DNA from: Eledone cirrhosa
Taxonomy: Eukaryota
Direction: 5' to 3'
DNA length: 64,000 bases
NCBI GenBank assembly: GCA_964016885.1
Contig: OZ024741.1
Span: 254,758,001 to 254,822,000, forward strand
Position numbers and translations under genes: made by a program. Below, in pieces: positions 43,712 to 58,091 of this stretch (position 1 is the stretch's first letter; each line of letters begins with the position of its first letter). The notes beneath the pieces are model-generated. The model did not search any database, was not told where the DNA came from, and saw only the letters and a program-made list of their open reading frames with translations.

Positions 43712-43780
43712 AAATAACAAATAGACGTGGTTTCAAATCTCTATGCTTTTCAAATTCATTACATTAATCTTTATTTACAC
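43712..43780 (+). repeat. 69-bp spacer, haplotype C
   Basis: Left flank TTACCA, internal GACGTGG, ends TTTACAC. Confidence 0.95.
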
Positions 43781-44999
43781 GTTTCGCTTTACGAGTGTTT
43801 CGACTTACGAGTGTTTCGACTTACGAGTGTTTTGACTTATGGGTGTTTGACATACGAGTGTTTCGATACGAATGCTCTGACTTACGAGTGTTCTGACTTA
43901 CGAGTGTTCTGACTTACGAGTGTTCTGACTTACGAGTGTTCTGACTTACGAGTGTTTCGACTTACGAGTGTTCTGACTTACGAGTGTTCTGACTTACGAG
44001 TGTTCCGACTTACGAGTGTTTCGACTTACGAGTGTTTCGACTTACGAGTGTTTCGACTTACGAGTGTTTCGGCTTACGAGTGTTTTGACTTACGAGTGTT
44101 CTGACTACGAGTGTTCTGACTTACGAGTGTTTCGGCTTATGAGTGTTTCGACTTACGAGTGTTTCGGCTTATGAGTGTTTCGACTTACGAGTGTTTCGGC
44201 TTACGAGTGTTTCGACTTACGAGTGTTTCGATTTACGAGTGTTTCGACTTACGGGTGTTTCGACTTACGAGTGTTTCGACTACGAGTGTTTCGACTTACG
44301 AGTGTTTCGGCTTACGAGTGTTTCGACTTACGGGTGTTTCGACTTACGAGTGTTTTGGCTTACGGTGTTTCGACTTACGAGTGTTTCGGCTTACGAGTGT
44401 TTTGACTTAAGGGTGTTTCGACTTACGAGTGTTTCGATACGAGTGTTTCGACTTACGAGTGTTTCGGCTTACGAGTGTTTCGACTTACGAGTGTTTCGAC
44501 TTACGAGTGTTCTGATTTACGGATGTTTCGACATACGAGTGTTTCGACTTACGAGTGTTTCGACTTACGAGTGTTTCGACTTACGAGTGTTTTGACTTAC
44601 GGGTGTTTTGACATACGAGTGTTTCGATACGAGTGTTTCGACTTACGAGGGTTCTGACTTACGATTGTTCTGACTTACGAGCGTTCTGACTTACGAGTGT
44701 TTCGGCTTACGAGTGTTTCGGCTTACGAGTGTTTCGACTTACGAGTGTTTCGACTTACGAGTGTTCCGACTTACGGGTGTTTCGACTTACGAGTGTTTTG
44801 GCATACGGTGTTTCGACTTACGAGTGTTTCGAGTTAAGAGTGTTAGACTTACGCGTGTTTTGACATACGAGTGTTCTGACTTACGAGTGTTCTGACTTAC
44901 GAGTGTTCTGACTTACGAGTGTTCTGACTTACGAGTGTTCCGACTTTACGAGTGTTTCGGCTCACGAGTGTTTCGGCTTACGAGTGTTTCGACTTACGA

Positions 45000-45068
45000 A
45001 AACAACATATAGACGCGGTTTCAAATCTCTATGCTTTTCAAATTCATTACATTAATCTTTATTTATAC
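45000..45068 (+). repeat. 69-bp spacer, haplotype B
   Basis: Starts AAACAACATATAGACGCGG. Confidence 0.95.
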
Positions 45069-46947
45069 GTTTCGCTTTACGAGTGTTTCGACTTACGAGT
45101 GTTTCGACTTACGAGTGTTTCGGTTTACGAGTGTTCCGACTTACGAGTGTTCCGACTTACGAGTGTTTCGGCTTACGAGTGTTTCCGGCTTACGAGTGTT
45201 TCGACTTACGAGTGTTTCGACTTACGAGTGTTTTGACTTACGAGTGTTCCGATTTACGAGTGTTTTGACTTGAGGGTTTTCGACTTACGAGTGTTTCGAT
45301 ACGAGTGTTTCGACTTACGAGTGTTCTGACTTACGAGTGTTCTGATTTACGGATGTTTTGACACACGAGTGTTTCGAATTACGAGTGTTTCGACTTACGA
45401 GTGTTTTGACTTACGAGTGTTGTGAATTACGAGTGTTCCGATTTACGAGTGTTTTGACTTACGGTGTTTCGGCTTACAAGTGATTCGACTTACGAATGTT
45501 TTGACTTACGGGTGTTTCGGCTTGCGAGTGTTTCGACTTACGAGTGTTTCGGCTTATGAGTGTTTCGACTTACTAATGCTTTTACTTACGAGTGTTTCGG
45601 CGTACGAGTGTTTTGACTTACGAGTGTTTCGACTTACGAGTGTTTTGACTTACGAATGTTTTGACTTACGGGTGTTTCGGCTTACGAGTGTTTCGACTTA
45701 CGAGTGTTTCGGCTTGCGAGTGTTTCGACTTACTAATGTTTTTACTTACGAGTGTTTCGGCGTACGAGTGTTTCGACTTACGAGTGTTTCGACTTACGGG
45801 TGTTTTGACTTAGGGGTGTTTCGGCTTACGAGTGTTTCGACTTACGAGTGTTTTGACTTAAGGGTGTTTCGACTTACGAGTGTTTCGACTTACGAGTGTT
45901 TCGACTTACGAGTGTTTCGACTTACGAGTGTTTTGATTTACGGTGTTTCGGCTTACGAGTTATTCGACATACGAGTGTTTCGACTTACGGGTGTTTCGAC
46001 TTACGGGTGTTTCGACTTACGAGTGTTTCGACTTATGAGTGTTTCGACTTACGAGTGTTCTGACTTACGAGTGTTCTGACTTACGAGTGTTCCGACTTAC
46101 GAGTGTTTAGGTTTACGAGTGTTTCGACACATGAGTGTTTTGACTTACGGGTGTTTCGACTTACGGGTGTTTCGACTTACGAGTGTTTCGGCTTACGAGT
46201 GTTTCGACTTACTAATGTTTTTACTTACGAGTGTTTCGGTGTACGAGTGTTTCGACTTAAGGATGTTTCGATTTACGAGTGTCTCGACTTACGAGTGTTT
46301 CGGCTTACGTGAGTTTCGACTTAAGAGTGTTCTGATTTACGAGTGTTCTGACTTGCGGGTGTTCTGATTTACGAGTGTTCCGACTTACGAGTGTTTCGGC
46401 TTATGAGTGTTTCGACTTACGAGTGTTTCGGCTTACGAGTGTTTCGCCTTATGGGTGTTTCGACTTACGAGTGTTTTTACTTACGGTGTTTCGGCTTCCG
46501 AGTGTTTCGACATACGAGTGTTTTGACTTACGGGTGTTTCGGCTTACGAGTGTTTCGACTTACGAGTGTTTCGGCTTACGAGTGTTTCGACTTACTAATG
46601 TTTTTACTTACGAGTGTTTCGGCGTACGAGAGTTTTGACTTACGAGTGTTCTAACTTACGAGTGTTCCGACTTACGAGTGTTCCGACTTACGAGTGTTTC
46701 GGCTCACGAGTGTATCGGCTTACGAGTGTTTCGACTTACGAGTGTTTCAACTTACGAGTGTTCTGATTTACGGATGTTTTGACATACGAGTGTTTCGATA
46801 CGAGTGTTTCGACTTACGAGTGTTCTGACTTACGAGTGTTCTAACTTACGAGTGTTCTGACTTACGAGTGTTCTGACTTACGATTGTTCCGACTTACGAG
46901 TGTTTCGGCTCACGAGTGTATCGGCTTACGAGTGTTTCGACTTACGA

Positions 46948-47016
46948 AAATAACAAATAGACGCGGTTTCAAATCTCTATGCTTTTCAAATTCATTACAT
47001 TAATCTTTATTTATAC
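46948..47016 (+). repeat. 69-bp spacer, haplotype A
   Basis: Same sequence as 926-994. Confidence 0.95.
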
Positions 47017-48555
47017 GTTTCGCTTTACGAGTGTTTCGACTTACGAGTGTTTCGACTTACGAGTGTTTCGGCTTACGAGTGTTTTGACTTACGAGTGTTT
47101 TGACTTACATGTGTTTCGACTTACGCGTGTTTCGACTTACGAGTGTTTCGACTTGCGAGTGTTTCGACTACGGGTGTTTCGACTTACGAATGTTTTGACT
47201 TACGGATGTATTGACTTACGGGTGTTTCGGCTTACGAGTGTTTCGACTTACGAGTGTTTCGACTTGCGAGTGTTTTCACTTACGAGTGTTTTGACTTACG
47301 GTGTTTCGGCTTACGAGTGTTTCGACTTACGAGTGTTTTGACTTACGGGTGTTTTGACATACGAGTGTTTCGATACGAGTGTTCTGACTTACGAGTGTTC
47401 TGACTTACGAGTGTTCTGACTTACGAGTGTTCTGACTTACGAGTGTTCTGACTTACGAGTGTTCTGACATACGTGTGTTCTGACTTACGAATGTTCCGAT
47501 TTACGAGTGTTTCGGCTTATGAGTGTTTCGACTTACGAATGTTTTTGCTTACGAGTGTTTCGGCTTACGAGTGTTTCGACTTACGAGTGTTTCGACTTAC
47601 GAGTGTTTCGACTTACGAGTGTTTCGGCTTACGAGTGTTTTGACTTACGAGTGTTCTGACTACGAGTGTTCTGACTTACGAGTGTTTCGGCTTATGAGTG
47701 TTTCGATTTACGAGTGTTTCGGCTTATGATTGTTTCGACTTACGAGTGTTTCGGCTTACGAGTGTTTCGACTTACGAGTGTTTCGACTTACGAGTGTTTC
47801 GACTTACGGGTGTTTCGACTTACGAGTGTTTCGACTACGAGTGTTTCGACTTACGAGTGTTTCGGCTTACGAGTGTTTCGACTTACGGGTGTTTCGACTT
47901 ACGAGTGTTTTGGCTTACGGTGTTTCGACTTACGAGTGTTTCGGCTTACGAGTGTTGCGGCTTATGAGTGTTTCGACTTACGGGTGTTTCGGCTTATGAG
48001 TGTTTCGACTTACGAGTGTTTCGGCTTACGAGTGTTTCGACTTACGAGTGTTTCGACTTACGAGTGTTCTGATTTACGGATGTTTCGACATACGAGTGTT
48101 TCGACTTACGAGTGTTTCGACTTACGAGTGTTTTGACTTACGGGTGTTTTGACATACGAGTGTTTCGATACGAGTGTTTCGACTTACGAGGGTTCTGACT
48201 TACGATTGTTCTGACTTACGAGCGTTCTGAATACGAGTGTTTCGGCTTACGAGTGTTTCGGCTTACGAGTGTTTCGACTTACGAGTGTTTCGACTTACGA
48301 GTGTTCCGACTTACGGGTGTTTCGACTTACGAGTGTTTTGGCATACGGTGTTTCGACTTACGAGTGTTTCGAGTTAAGAGTGTTTTGACTTACGCGTGTT
48401 TTGACATACGAGTGTTCTGACTTACGAGTGTTCTGACTTACGAGTGTTCTGACTTACGAGTGTTTTGACTTACGAGTGTTCTGACTTACGAGTGTTCCGA
48501 CTTACGAGTGTTCCGACTCACGAGTGTTTCGGCTTACGAGTGTTTCGACTTACGA

Positions 48556-48624
48556 AAACAACATATAGACGCGGTTTCAAATCTCTATGCTTTTCAAATT
48601 CATTACATTAATCTTTATTTATAC
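48556..48624 (+). repeat. 69-bp spacer, haplotype B
   Basis: Starts AAACAACATATAGACGCGG. Confidence 0.95.
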
Positions 48625-50198
48625 GTTTCGCTTTACGAGTGTTTCGACTTACGAGTGTTTCGACATACGAGTGTTTCGACTTACGAATGTTTTTGCTTAC
48701 GGGTGTTTCGACTTACGAGTGTTTCGACTTACGGGTGTTTTGACTTACGGGTGTTTCGGCTTACGAGTGTTTCGACTTACGAGTGTTTTGACTTAAGGGT
48801 GTTTCGACTTACGAGTGTTTCGACTTACGAGTGTTTCGACTTACGAGTGTTTCGGGTTACGAGTGTTTTGACTTGAGGGTTTTCGACTTACGAGTGTTTC
48901 GATACGAGTGTTTCGACTTACGAGTGTTCTGACTTACGAGTGTTCTGATTCACGGATGTTTTGATACACGAGTGTTTCGACTTACGAGTGTTTCGGGTTA
49001 CGAGTGTTTTGACTTACGGGTGTTTTGACATACGAGTGTTTCGATACGAGTGTTTCGACTTACGAGTGTTCTGACTTACGAGTGTTCTGACTTACGAGTG
49101 TTTCGGCTTACGAGTGTTTCCGGCTTACGAGTGTTTCGACTTACGAGTGTTTCGACTTACGAGTGTTTTGACTTACGGTGTTTCGGCTTACGAGTGATTA
49201 GACTTACGAGTGTTTTGACTTACGGGTGTTTTGACTTACGGGTGTTGTGAATTACGAGTGTTCCGATTTACGAGTGTTTTGACTTACGGTGTTTCGGCTT
49301 ACAAGTGATTCGACTTACGAATGTTTTGACTTACGGGTGTTTCGGCTTGCGAGTGTTTCGACTTACGAGTGTTTCGGCTTATGAGTGTTTCGACTTACTA
49401 ATGTTTTTACTTACGAGTGTTTCGGCGTACGAGTGTTTTGACTTACGAGTGTTTCGACTTACGAGTGTTTTGACTTACGAATGTTTTGACTTACGGGTGT
49501 TTCGGCTTACGAGTGTTTCGACTTACGTGTGTTTCGGCTTGCGAGTGTTTCGACTTACTAATGTTTTTACTTACGAGTGTTTCGGCGTACGAGTGTTTCG
49601 ACTTACGAGTGTTTCGACTTACGGGTGTTTTGACTTAGGGGTGTTTCGGCTTACGAGTGTTTCGACTTACGAGTGTTTTGACTTAAGGGTGTTTCGACTT
49701 ACGAGTGTTTCGACTTACGAGTGTTTCGACTTACGGGTGTTTCGACTTACGAGTGTTTCGGCTTACGAGTGTTTTGACTTAAGGGTGTTTCGACTTACGA
49801 GTGTTTCGATACGAGTGTTTCGACTTACGAGTGTTTCGGCTTACGAGTGTTTCGACTTACGAGTGTTTCGACTTACGAGTGTTCTGATTTACGGATGTTT
49901 CGACATACGAGTGTTTCGACTTACGAGTGTTTCGACTTACGAGTGTTTTGACTTACGAGTGTTCCGACTTACGGGTGTTTCGACTTACGAGTGTTTTGGC
50001 TTACGGTGTTTCGACTTACGAGTGTTTCGAGTTAAGAGTGTTTTGACTTACGCGTGTTTTGACATACGAGTGTTCTGACTTACGAGTGTTCTGACTTACG
50101 AGTGTTCTGACTTACGAGTGTTCTGACTTACGAGTGTTCCGACTTTACGAGTGTTTCGGCTCACGAGTGTTTCGGCTTACGAGTGTTTCGACTTACGA

Positions 50199-50267
50199 AA
50201 ACAACATATAGACGCGGTTTCAAATCTCTATGCTTTTCAAATTCATTACATTAATCTTTATTTATAC
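50199..50267 (+). repeat. 69-bp spacer, haplotype B
   Basis: Starts AAACAACATATAGACGCGG. Confidence 0.95.
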
Positions 50268-52416
50268 GTTTCGCTTTACGAGTGTTTCGACTTACGAGTG
50301 TTTCGACATACGAGTGTTTCGACTTACGAATGTTTTTGCTTACGGGTGTTTCGACTTACGAATGTTTTTGCTTACGAGTGTTTCTGTTTACGAGTGTTCC
50401 GACTTACGAGTGTTCCGACTTACGAGTGTTTCGGCTTATGAGTGTTTCCGGCTTACGAGTGTTTCGACTTACGAGTGTTTCGACTTACGAGTGTTTTGAC
50501 TTACGGTGTTTCGGCTTACGAGTGATTAGACTTACGAGTGTTTTGACATACGGGTGTTTTGACTTACGGGTGTTGTGAATTACGAGTGTTCCGATTTACG
50601 AGTGTTTTGACTTACGGTGTTTCGGCTTACAAGTGATTCGACTTACGAATGTTTTGACTTACGGGTGTTTCGGCTTGCGAGTGTTTCGACTTACGAGTGT
50701 TTCGGCTTATGAGTGTTTCGACTTACTAATGTTTTTACTAACGAGTGTTTCGGCGTACGAGTGTTTTGACTTACGAGTGTTTCGACTTAGGAGTGTTTTG
50801 ACTTACGAATGTTTTGACTTACGGGTGTTTCGGCTTACGAGTGTTTCGACTTACGAGTGTTTCGGCTTGCGAGTGTTTCGAATTACTAATGTTTTTACTT
50901 ACGAGTGTTTCGGCGTACGAGTGTTTCGACTTACGAGTGTTTCGACTTACGGGTGTTTTGACTGAAGGGTGTTTCGACTTACGAGTGTTTCGACTTACGA
51001 GTGTTTTGACTTAAGGGTGTTTCGACTTACGAGTGTTTCGACTTACGAGTGTTTCGACTTACGAGTGTTTCGGGTTACGAGTGTTTTGACTTGAGGGTTT
51101 TCGACTTACGAGTGTTTCGATACGAGTGTTTCGACTTACGAGTGTTCTGACTTACGAGTGTTCTGATTCACGGATGTTTTGATACACGAGTGTTTCGACT
51201 TACGAGTGTTTCGGGTTACGAGTGTTTTGACTTACGGGTGTTTTGACATACGAGTGTTTCGATACGAGTGTTTCGACTTACGAGTGTTCTGACTTACGAG
51301 TGTTCTGACTTACGAGTGTTTCGGCTTACGAGTGTTTCCGGCTTACGAGTGTTTCGACTTACGAGTGTTTCGACTTACGAGTGTTTTGACTTACGGTGTT
51401 TCGGCTTACGAGTGATTAGACTTACGAGTGTTTTGACTTACGGGTGTTTTGACTTACGGGTGTTGTGAATTACGAGTGTTCCGATTTACGAGTGTTTTGA
51501 CTTACGGTGTTTCGGCTTACAAGTGATTCGACTTACGAATCTTTTGACTTACGGGTGTTTCGGCTTGCGAGTGTTTCGACTTACGAGTGTTTCGGCTTAT
51601 GAGTGTTTCGACTTACTAATGTTTTTACTTACGAGTGTTTCGGCGTACGAGTGTTTTGACTTACGAGTGTTTCGACTTACGAGTGTTTTGACTTACGAAT
51701 GTTTTGACTTACGGGTGTTTCGGCTTACGAGTGTTTCGACTTACGTGTGTTTCGGCTTGCGAGTGTTTCGACTTACTAATGTTTTTACTTACGAGTGTTT
51801 CGGCGTACGAGTGTTTCGACTTACGAGTGTTTCGACTTACGGGTGTTTTGACTTAGGGGTGTTTCGGCTTACGAGTGTTTCGACTTACGAGTGTTTTGAC
51901 TTAAGGGTGTTTCGACTTACGAGTGTTTCGACTTACGAGTGTTTCGACTTACGGGTGTTTCGACTTACGAGTGTTTCGGCTTACGAGTGTTTTGACTTAA
52001 GGGTGTTTCGACTTACGAGTGTTTCGATACGAGTGTTTCGACTTACGAGTGTTTCGGCTTACGAGTGTTTCGACTTACGAGTGTTTCGACTTACGAGTGT
52101 TCTGATTTACGGATGTTTCGACATACGAGTGTTTCGACTTACGAGTGTTTCGACTTACGAGTGTTTTGACTTACGAGTGTTCCGACTTACGGGTGTTTCG
52201 ACTTACGAGTGTTTTGGCTTACGGTGTTTCGACTTACGAGTGTTTCGAGTTAAGAGTGTTTTGACTTACGCGTGTTTTGACATACGAGTGTTCTGACTTA
52301 CGAGTGTTCTGACTTACGAGTGTTCTGACTTACGAGTGTTCTGACTTACGAGTGTTCCGACTTTACGAGTGTTTCGGCTCACGAGTGTTTCGGCTTACGA
52401 GTGTTTCGACTTACGA

Positions 52417-52485
52417 AAACAACATATAGACGCGGTTTCAAATCTCTATGCTTTTCAAATTCATTACATTAATCTTTATTTATAC
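52417..52485 (+). repeat. 69-bp spacer, haplotype B
   Basis: Starts AAACAACATATAGACGCGG. Confidence 0.95.
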
Positions 52486-55400
52486 GTTTCGCTTTACGAG
52501 TGTTTCGACTTACGAGTGTTTCGACATACGAGTGTTTCGACTTACGAATGTTTTTGCTTACGGGTGTTTCGACTTACGAATGTTTTTGCTTACGAGTGTT
52601 TCTGTTTACGAGTGTTCCGACTTACGAGTGTTCCGACTTACGAGTGTTTCGGCTTATGAGTGTTTCCGGCTTACGAGTGTTTCGACTTACGAGTGTTTCG
52701 ACTTACGAGTGTTTTGACTTACGGTGTTTCGGCTTACGAGTGATTAGACTTACGAGTGTTTTGACATACGGGTGTTTTGACTTACGGGTGTTGTGAATTA
52801 CGAGTGTTCCGATTTACGAGTGTTTTGACTTACGGTGTTTCGGCTTACAAGTGATTCGACTTACGAATGTTTTGACTTACGGGTGTTTCGGCTTGCGAGT
52901 GTTTCGACTTACGAGTGTTTCGGCTTATGAGTGTTTCGACTTACTAATGTTTTTACTAACGAGTGTTTCGGCGTACGAGTGTTTTGACTTACGAGTGTTT
53001 CGACTTAGGAGTGTTTTGACTTACGAATGTTTTGACTTACGGGTGTTTCGGCTTACGAGTGTTTCGACTTACGAGTGTTTCGGCTTGCGAGTGTTTCGAA
53101 TTACTAATGTTTTTACTTACGAGTGTTTCGGCGTACGAGTGTTTCGACTTACGAGTGTTTCGACTTACGGGTGTTTTGACTGAAGGGTGTTTCGACTTAC
53201 GAGTGTTTCGACTTACGAGTGTTTTGACTTAAGGGTGTTTCGACTTACGAGTGTTTCGACTTACGAGTGTTTCGACTTACGAGTGTTTCGGGTTACGAGT
53301 GTTTTGACTTGAGGGTTTTCGACTTACGAGTGTTTCGATACGAGTGTTTCGACTTACGAGTGTTCTGACTTACGAGTGTTCTGATTTACGGATGTTTTGA
53401 CACACGAGTGTTTCGAATTACGAGTGTTTCGACTTACGAGTGTTTTGACTTACGGGTGTTTTGACATACGAGTGTTTCGATACGAGTGTTTCGACTTACG
53501 AGTGTTCTGACTTACGAGTGTTCTGACTTACGAGTGTTTCGGCTTACGAGTGTTTCCGGCTTACGAGTGTTTCGACTTACGAGTGTTTCGACTTACGAGT
53601 GTTTTGACTTACGGTGTTTCGGCTTACGAGTGATTAGACTTACGAGTGTTTTGACTTACGGGTGTTTTGACTTACGGGTGTTGTGAATTACGAGTGTTCC
53701 GATTAACGAGTGTTTTGACTTACGGTGTTTCGGCTTACAAGTGATTCGACTTACGAATGTTTTGACTTACGGGTGTTTCGGCTTGCGAGTGTTTCGACCT
53801 ACGAGTGTTTCGGCTTATGAGTGTTTCGACTTACTAATGTTTTTACTTACGAGTGTTTCGGCGTACGAGTGTTTTGACTTACGAGTGTTTCGACTTACGA
53901 GTGTTTTGACTTACGAATGTTTTGACTTACGGGTGTTTCGGCTTACGAGTGTTTCGTCTTACGAGTGTTTCGACTTAAAGTGTTTCGACTTACGAGTGTT
54001 TCGACTTAAGAGTGTTTCGACTTACGGGTGTTTCGACTTACGAGTGTTTTGGCTTACGGTGTTTCGACTTACGAGTGTTTCGGCTTACGAGTGTTTTGAC
54101 TTAAGGGTGTTTCGACTTACGAGTGTTTCGATACGAGTGTTTCGACTTACGAGTGTTTCGGCTTACGAGTGTTTCGACTTACGAGTGTTTCGACTTACGA
54201 GTGTTCTGATTTACGGATGTTTCGACATACGAGTGTTTCGACTTACGAGTGTTTCGACTTACGAGTGTTTTGACTTACGGGTGTTTTGACATACGAGTGT
54301 TTCGATACGAGTGTTTCGACTTACGAGTGTTCTGACTTACGATTGTTCTGACTTACGAGCGTTCTGACTTACGAGTGTTTCGGCTTACGAGTGTTTCGGC
54401 TTACGAGTGTTTCGACTTACGAGTGTTTCGACTTACGAGTGTTCCGACTTACGGGTGTTTCGACTTACGAGTGTTTCGACTTACGGGTGTTTCGGCTTAC
54501 GAGTGTTTCGACTTACGAGTGTTTTGACTTACGAGTGTTCTGATATACGAGTGTTCTGACTTATGAGTGTTCCGACTTACGAGTGTTCCGACTTACGAGT
54601 GTTTCGGCTTATGAGTGTTTCGACTTACGAGTGTTTCGGCTTACGGGTGTTTCGACGTACTAGTATTTTTGGCTTACGAGTGTTTCGACTTACGAGTGTT
54701 TTGAATTACGATTGTTTCGGCTTACGAGTGTTTCGACTTACGAGTATTTCGACTTACGAGTGTTTTGACTTATTGGTGTTTGACATACGAGTGTTTCGAT
54801 AAGAATGCTCTGACTTACGAGTGTTCTGACTTACGAGTGTTCTGACTTACGAGTGTTCTGACTTACGAGTGTTCTGACTTACGTGTGTTCCGACTTACGA
54901 GTGTTTCGGCTATGGGTGTTTCGACTTACGAGTGTTTCGACTTACGAATATTTTGGCTTACGAGTGTTTCGGCTTACGAGTGTATCGACTTACGAATGTT
55001 TTGGCTTACGAGTGTTTCGGCTTACGGGTGTTTCGACTTACGAGTGTTTCGACTTACGAGTGTTTTGACTTACGGTGTTTCGGCTTACGAGTTATTCGAC
55101 ATACGAGTGTTTCGACTTACGGGTGTTTCGACTTACGGGTGTTTCGACTTACGAGTGTTTCTACTTATGAGTGTTTCGACTTACGAGTGTTCTGACTTAC
55201 GAGTGTTCTGACTTACGAGTGTTCCGACTAACGAGTGTTTAGGTTTACGAGTGTTTCGACACATGAGTGTTTTGACTTACGGGTGTTTCGACTTACGGGT
55301 GTTTCGACTTACGAGTGTTTCGGCTTACGAGTGTTTCGACTTACTAATGTTTTTACTTACGAGTGTTTCGGTGTACGAGTGTTTCGACTTAAGGATGTTT

Positions 55401-56222
55401 CGATTTACGAGTGTCTCGACTTACGAGTGTTTCGGCTTACGTGAGTTTCGACTTAAGAGTGTTCTGATTTACGAGTGTTCTGACTTGCGGGTGTTCTGAT
55501 TTACGAGTGTTCCGACTTACGAGTGTTTCGGCTTACGAGTGTTTCGCCTTATGGGTGTTTCGACTTACGAGTGTTTTTACATACGGTGTTTCGGCTTCCG
55601 AGTGTTTCGACATACGAGTGTTTTGACTTACGTGTGTTTCGGCTTACGAGTGTTTCGACTTACGAGTGTTTCGGCTTACGAGTGTTTCGACTTACTAATG
55701 TTTTTACTTACGAGTGTTTCGGCGTACGAGAGTTTTGACTTACGAGTGTTTCGACTTACGAGTGTTTCGACTTACGAGTGTTTTGACTTACGAATGTTTT
55801 GACTTACGGGTGTTTCGGCTTACGAGTGTTTCGACTTACGAGTCTTTCGGCTTACGATTATTCCGACTTACGAGTGTTTCGGCTTACGAGTGTTTCGGCT
55901 CACGAGTGTTTCGACTTACGAGTGTTTCGACTTACGAGTGTTTCGACTTACGAGTGTTTCGACTTGCGAGTGTTTTCACTTACGAGTGTTTTGACTTACG
56001 GTGTTTCGGCTTACGAGTGTTTCGACTTACGAGTGTTTTGACTTACGAGTGTTTCGACATACGAGTGTTTCGATACGAGTGTTCTGACTTACTAGTGTTC
56101 TGACTTACGAGTGTTCTAACTTACGAGTGTTCTGACTTACGAGTGTTCTGACTTACGAGTGTTCCGACTTACGAGTGTTTCGGCTCACGAGTGTTTCGGC
56201 TTATGAGTGTTTCGACTTACGA

Positions 56223-56291
56223 AAATAACAAATAGACGCGGTTTCAAATCTCTATGCTTTTCAAATTCATTACATTAATCTTTATTTATAC
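56223..56291 (+). repeat. 69-bp spacer, haplotype A
   Basis: Same sequence as 926-994. Confidence 0.95.
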
Positions 56292-56878
56292 GTTTCGCTT
56301 TACGAGTGTTTCGACTTACGAGTGTTTCGACTTACGAGTGTTTCGGCTTACGAGTGTTTTGACTTACGAGTGTTTTGACTTACATGTGTTTCGACTTACG
56401 CGTGTTTCGACTTACGAGTGTTTCGACTTGCGAGTGTTTCGACTACGGGTGTTTCGACTTACGAATGTTTTGACTTACGGATGTTTTGACTTACGGGTGT
56501 TTCGGCTTACGAGTGTTTCGACTTACGAGTGTTTCGACTTGCGAGTGTTTTCACTTACGAGTGTTTTGACTTACGGTGTTTCGGCTTACGAGTGTTTCGA
56601 CTTACGAGGTGTTTTGACTTACGGGTGTTTTGACATACGAGTGTTTCGATACGAGTGTTCTGACTTACGAGTGTTCTGACTTACGAGTGTTCTGACTTAC
56701 GAGTGTTCTGACTTACGAGTGTTCTGACATACGTGTGTTCTGACTTACGAGTGTTCCGATTTACGAGTGTTTCGGCTTATGAGTGTTTCGACTTACGAAT
56801 GTTTTTGCTTACGGGTGTTTCGACTTACGAATGTTTTTGCTTACGAGTGTTTCGGCTTACGAGTGTTTCGACTTACCA

Positions 56879-56947
56879 AAATAACAAATAGACGTGGTTT
56901 CAAATCTCTATGCTTTTCAAATTCATTACATTAATCTTTATTTACAC
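56879..56947 (+). repeat. 69-bp spacer, haplotype C
   Basis: Left flank TTACCA, internal GACGTGG, ends TTTACAC. Confidence 0.95.
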
Positions 56948-58022
56948 GTTTCGCTTTACGAGTGTTTCGACTTACGAGTGTTTCGACTTACGAGTGTTTT
57001 GACTTATGGGTGTTTGACATACGAGTGTTTCGATACGAATGCTCTGACTTACGAGTGTTCTGACTTACGAGTGTTCTGACTTACGAGTGTTCTGACTTAC
57101 GAGTGTTCTGACTTACGAGTGTTTCGACTTACGAGTGTTCTGACTTACGAGTGTTCTGACTTACGAATGTTCCGACTTACGAGTGTTTCGACTTACGAGT
57201 GTTTCGACTTACGAGTGTTTCGACTTACGAGTCTTTCGGCTTACGAGTGTTTTGACTTACGAGTGTTCTGACTACGAGTGTTCTGACTTACGAGTGTTTC
57301 GGCTTATGAGTGTTTCGACTTACGAGTGTTTCGGCTTATGAGTGTTTCGACTTACGAGTGTTTCGGCTTACGAGTGTTTCGACTTACGAGTGTTTCGACT
57401 TACGAGTGTTTCGGCTTACGGGTGTTTCGACTTACGAGTGTTTCGACTACGAGTGTTTCGACTTACGAGTGTTTCGGCTTACGAGTGTTTCGACTTACGG
57501 GTGTTTCGACTTACGAGTGTTTTGGCTTACGGTGTTTCGACTTACGAGTGTTTCGGCTTACGAGTGTTTTGACTTAAGGGTGTTTCGACTTACGAGTGTT
57601 TCGATACGAGTGTTTCGACTTACGAGTGTTTCGGCTTACGAGTGTTTCGACTTACGAGTGTTTCGACTTACGAGTGTTCTGATTTACGGATGTTTCGACA
57701 TACGAGTGTTTCGACTTACGAGTGTTTCGACTTACGAGTGTTTTGACTTACGGGTGTTTTGACATACGAGTGTTTCGATACGAGTGTTTCGACTTACGAG
57801 TGTTTCGACTTACGAGTGTTCCGACTTACGGGTGTTTCGACTTACGAGTGTTTTGGCATACGGTGTTTCGACTTACGAGTGTTTCGAGTTAAGAGTGTTA
57901 GACTTACGCGTGTTTTGACATACGAGTGTTCTGACTTACGAGTGTTCTGACTTACGAGTGTTCCGACTTTACGAGTGTTTCGGCTCACGAGTGTTTCGGC
58001 TTACGAGTGTTTCGACTTACGA

Positions 58023-58091
58023 AAACAACATATAGACGCGGTTTCAAATCTCTATGCTTTTCAAATTCATTACATTAATCTTTATTTATAC
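58023..58091 (+). repeat. 69-bp spacer, haplotype B
   Basis: Starts AAACAACATATAGACGCGG. Confidence 0.95.

Larger units (their letters stand above)
31815..45390 (+). repeat. Higher-order repeat, 3 x about 4.54 kb, each with spacers A, C, B
   Basis: Offsets 4522/4538 (32657/37179/41717; 34028/38550/43088; 35955/40493/45031). Each unit starts near the rare 15-mer GACTTAAAGTGTTTC (31826, 36412, 40950). Confidence 0.92.
48765..53200 (+). repeat. Higher-order repeat, 2 x 2218 bp (partial third copy follows)
   Basis: Offset 2218 (49050/51268/53486, 49305/51523/53741, 50230/52448, 50633/52851). Confidence 0.9.
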
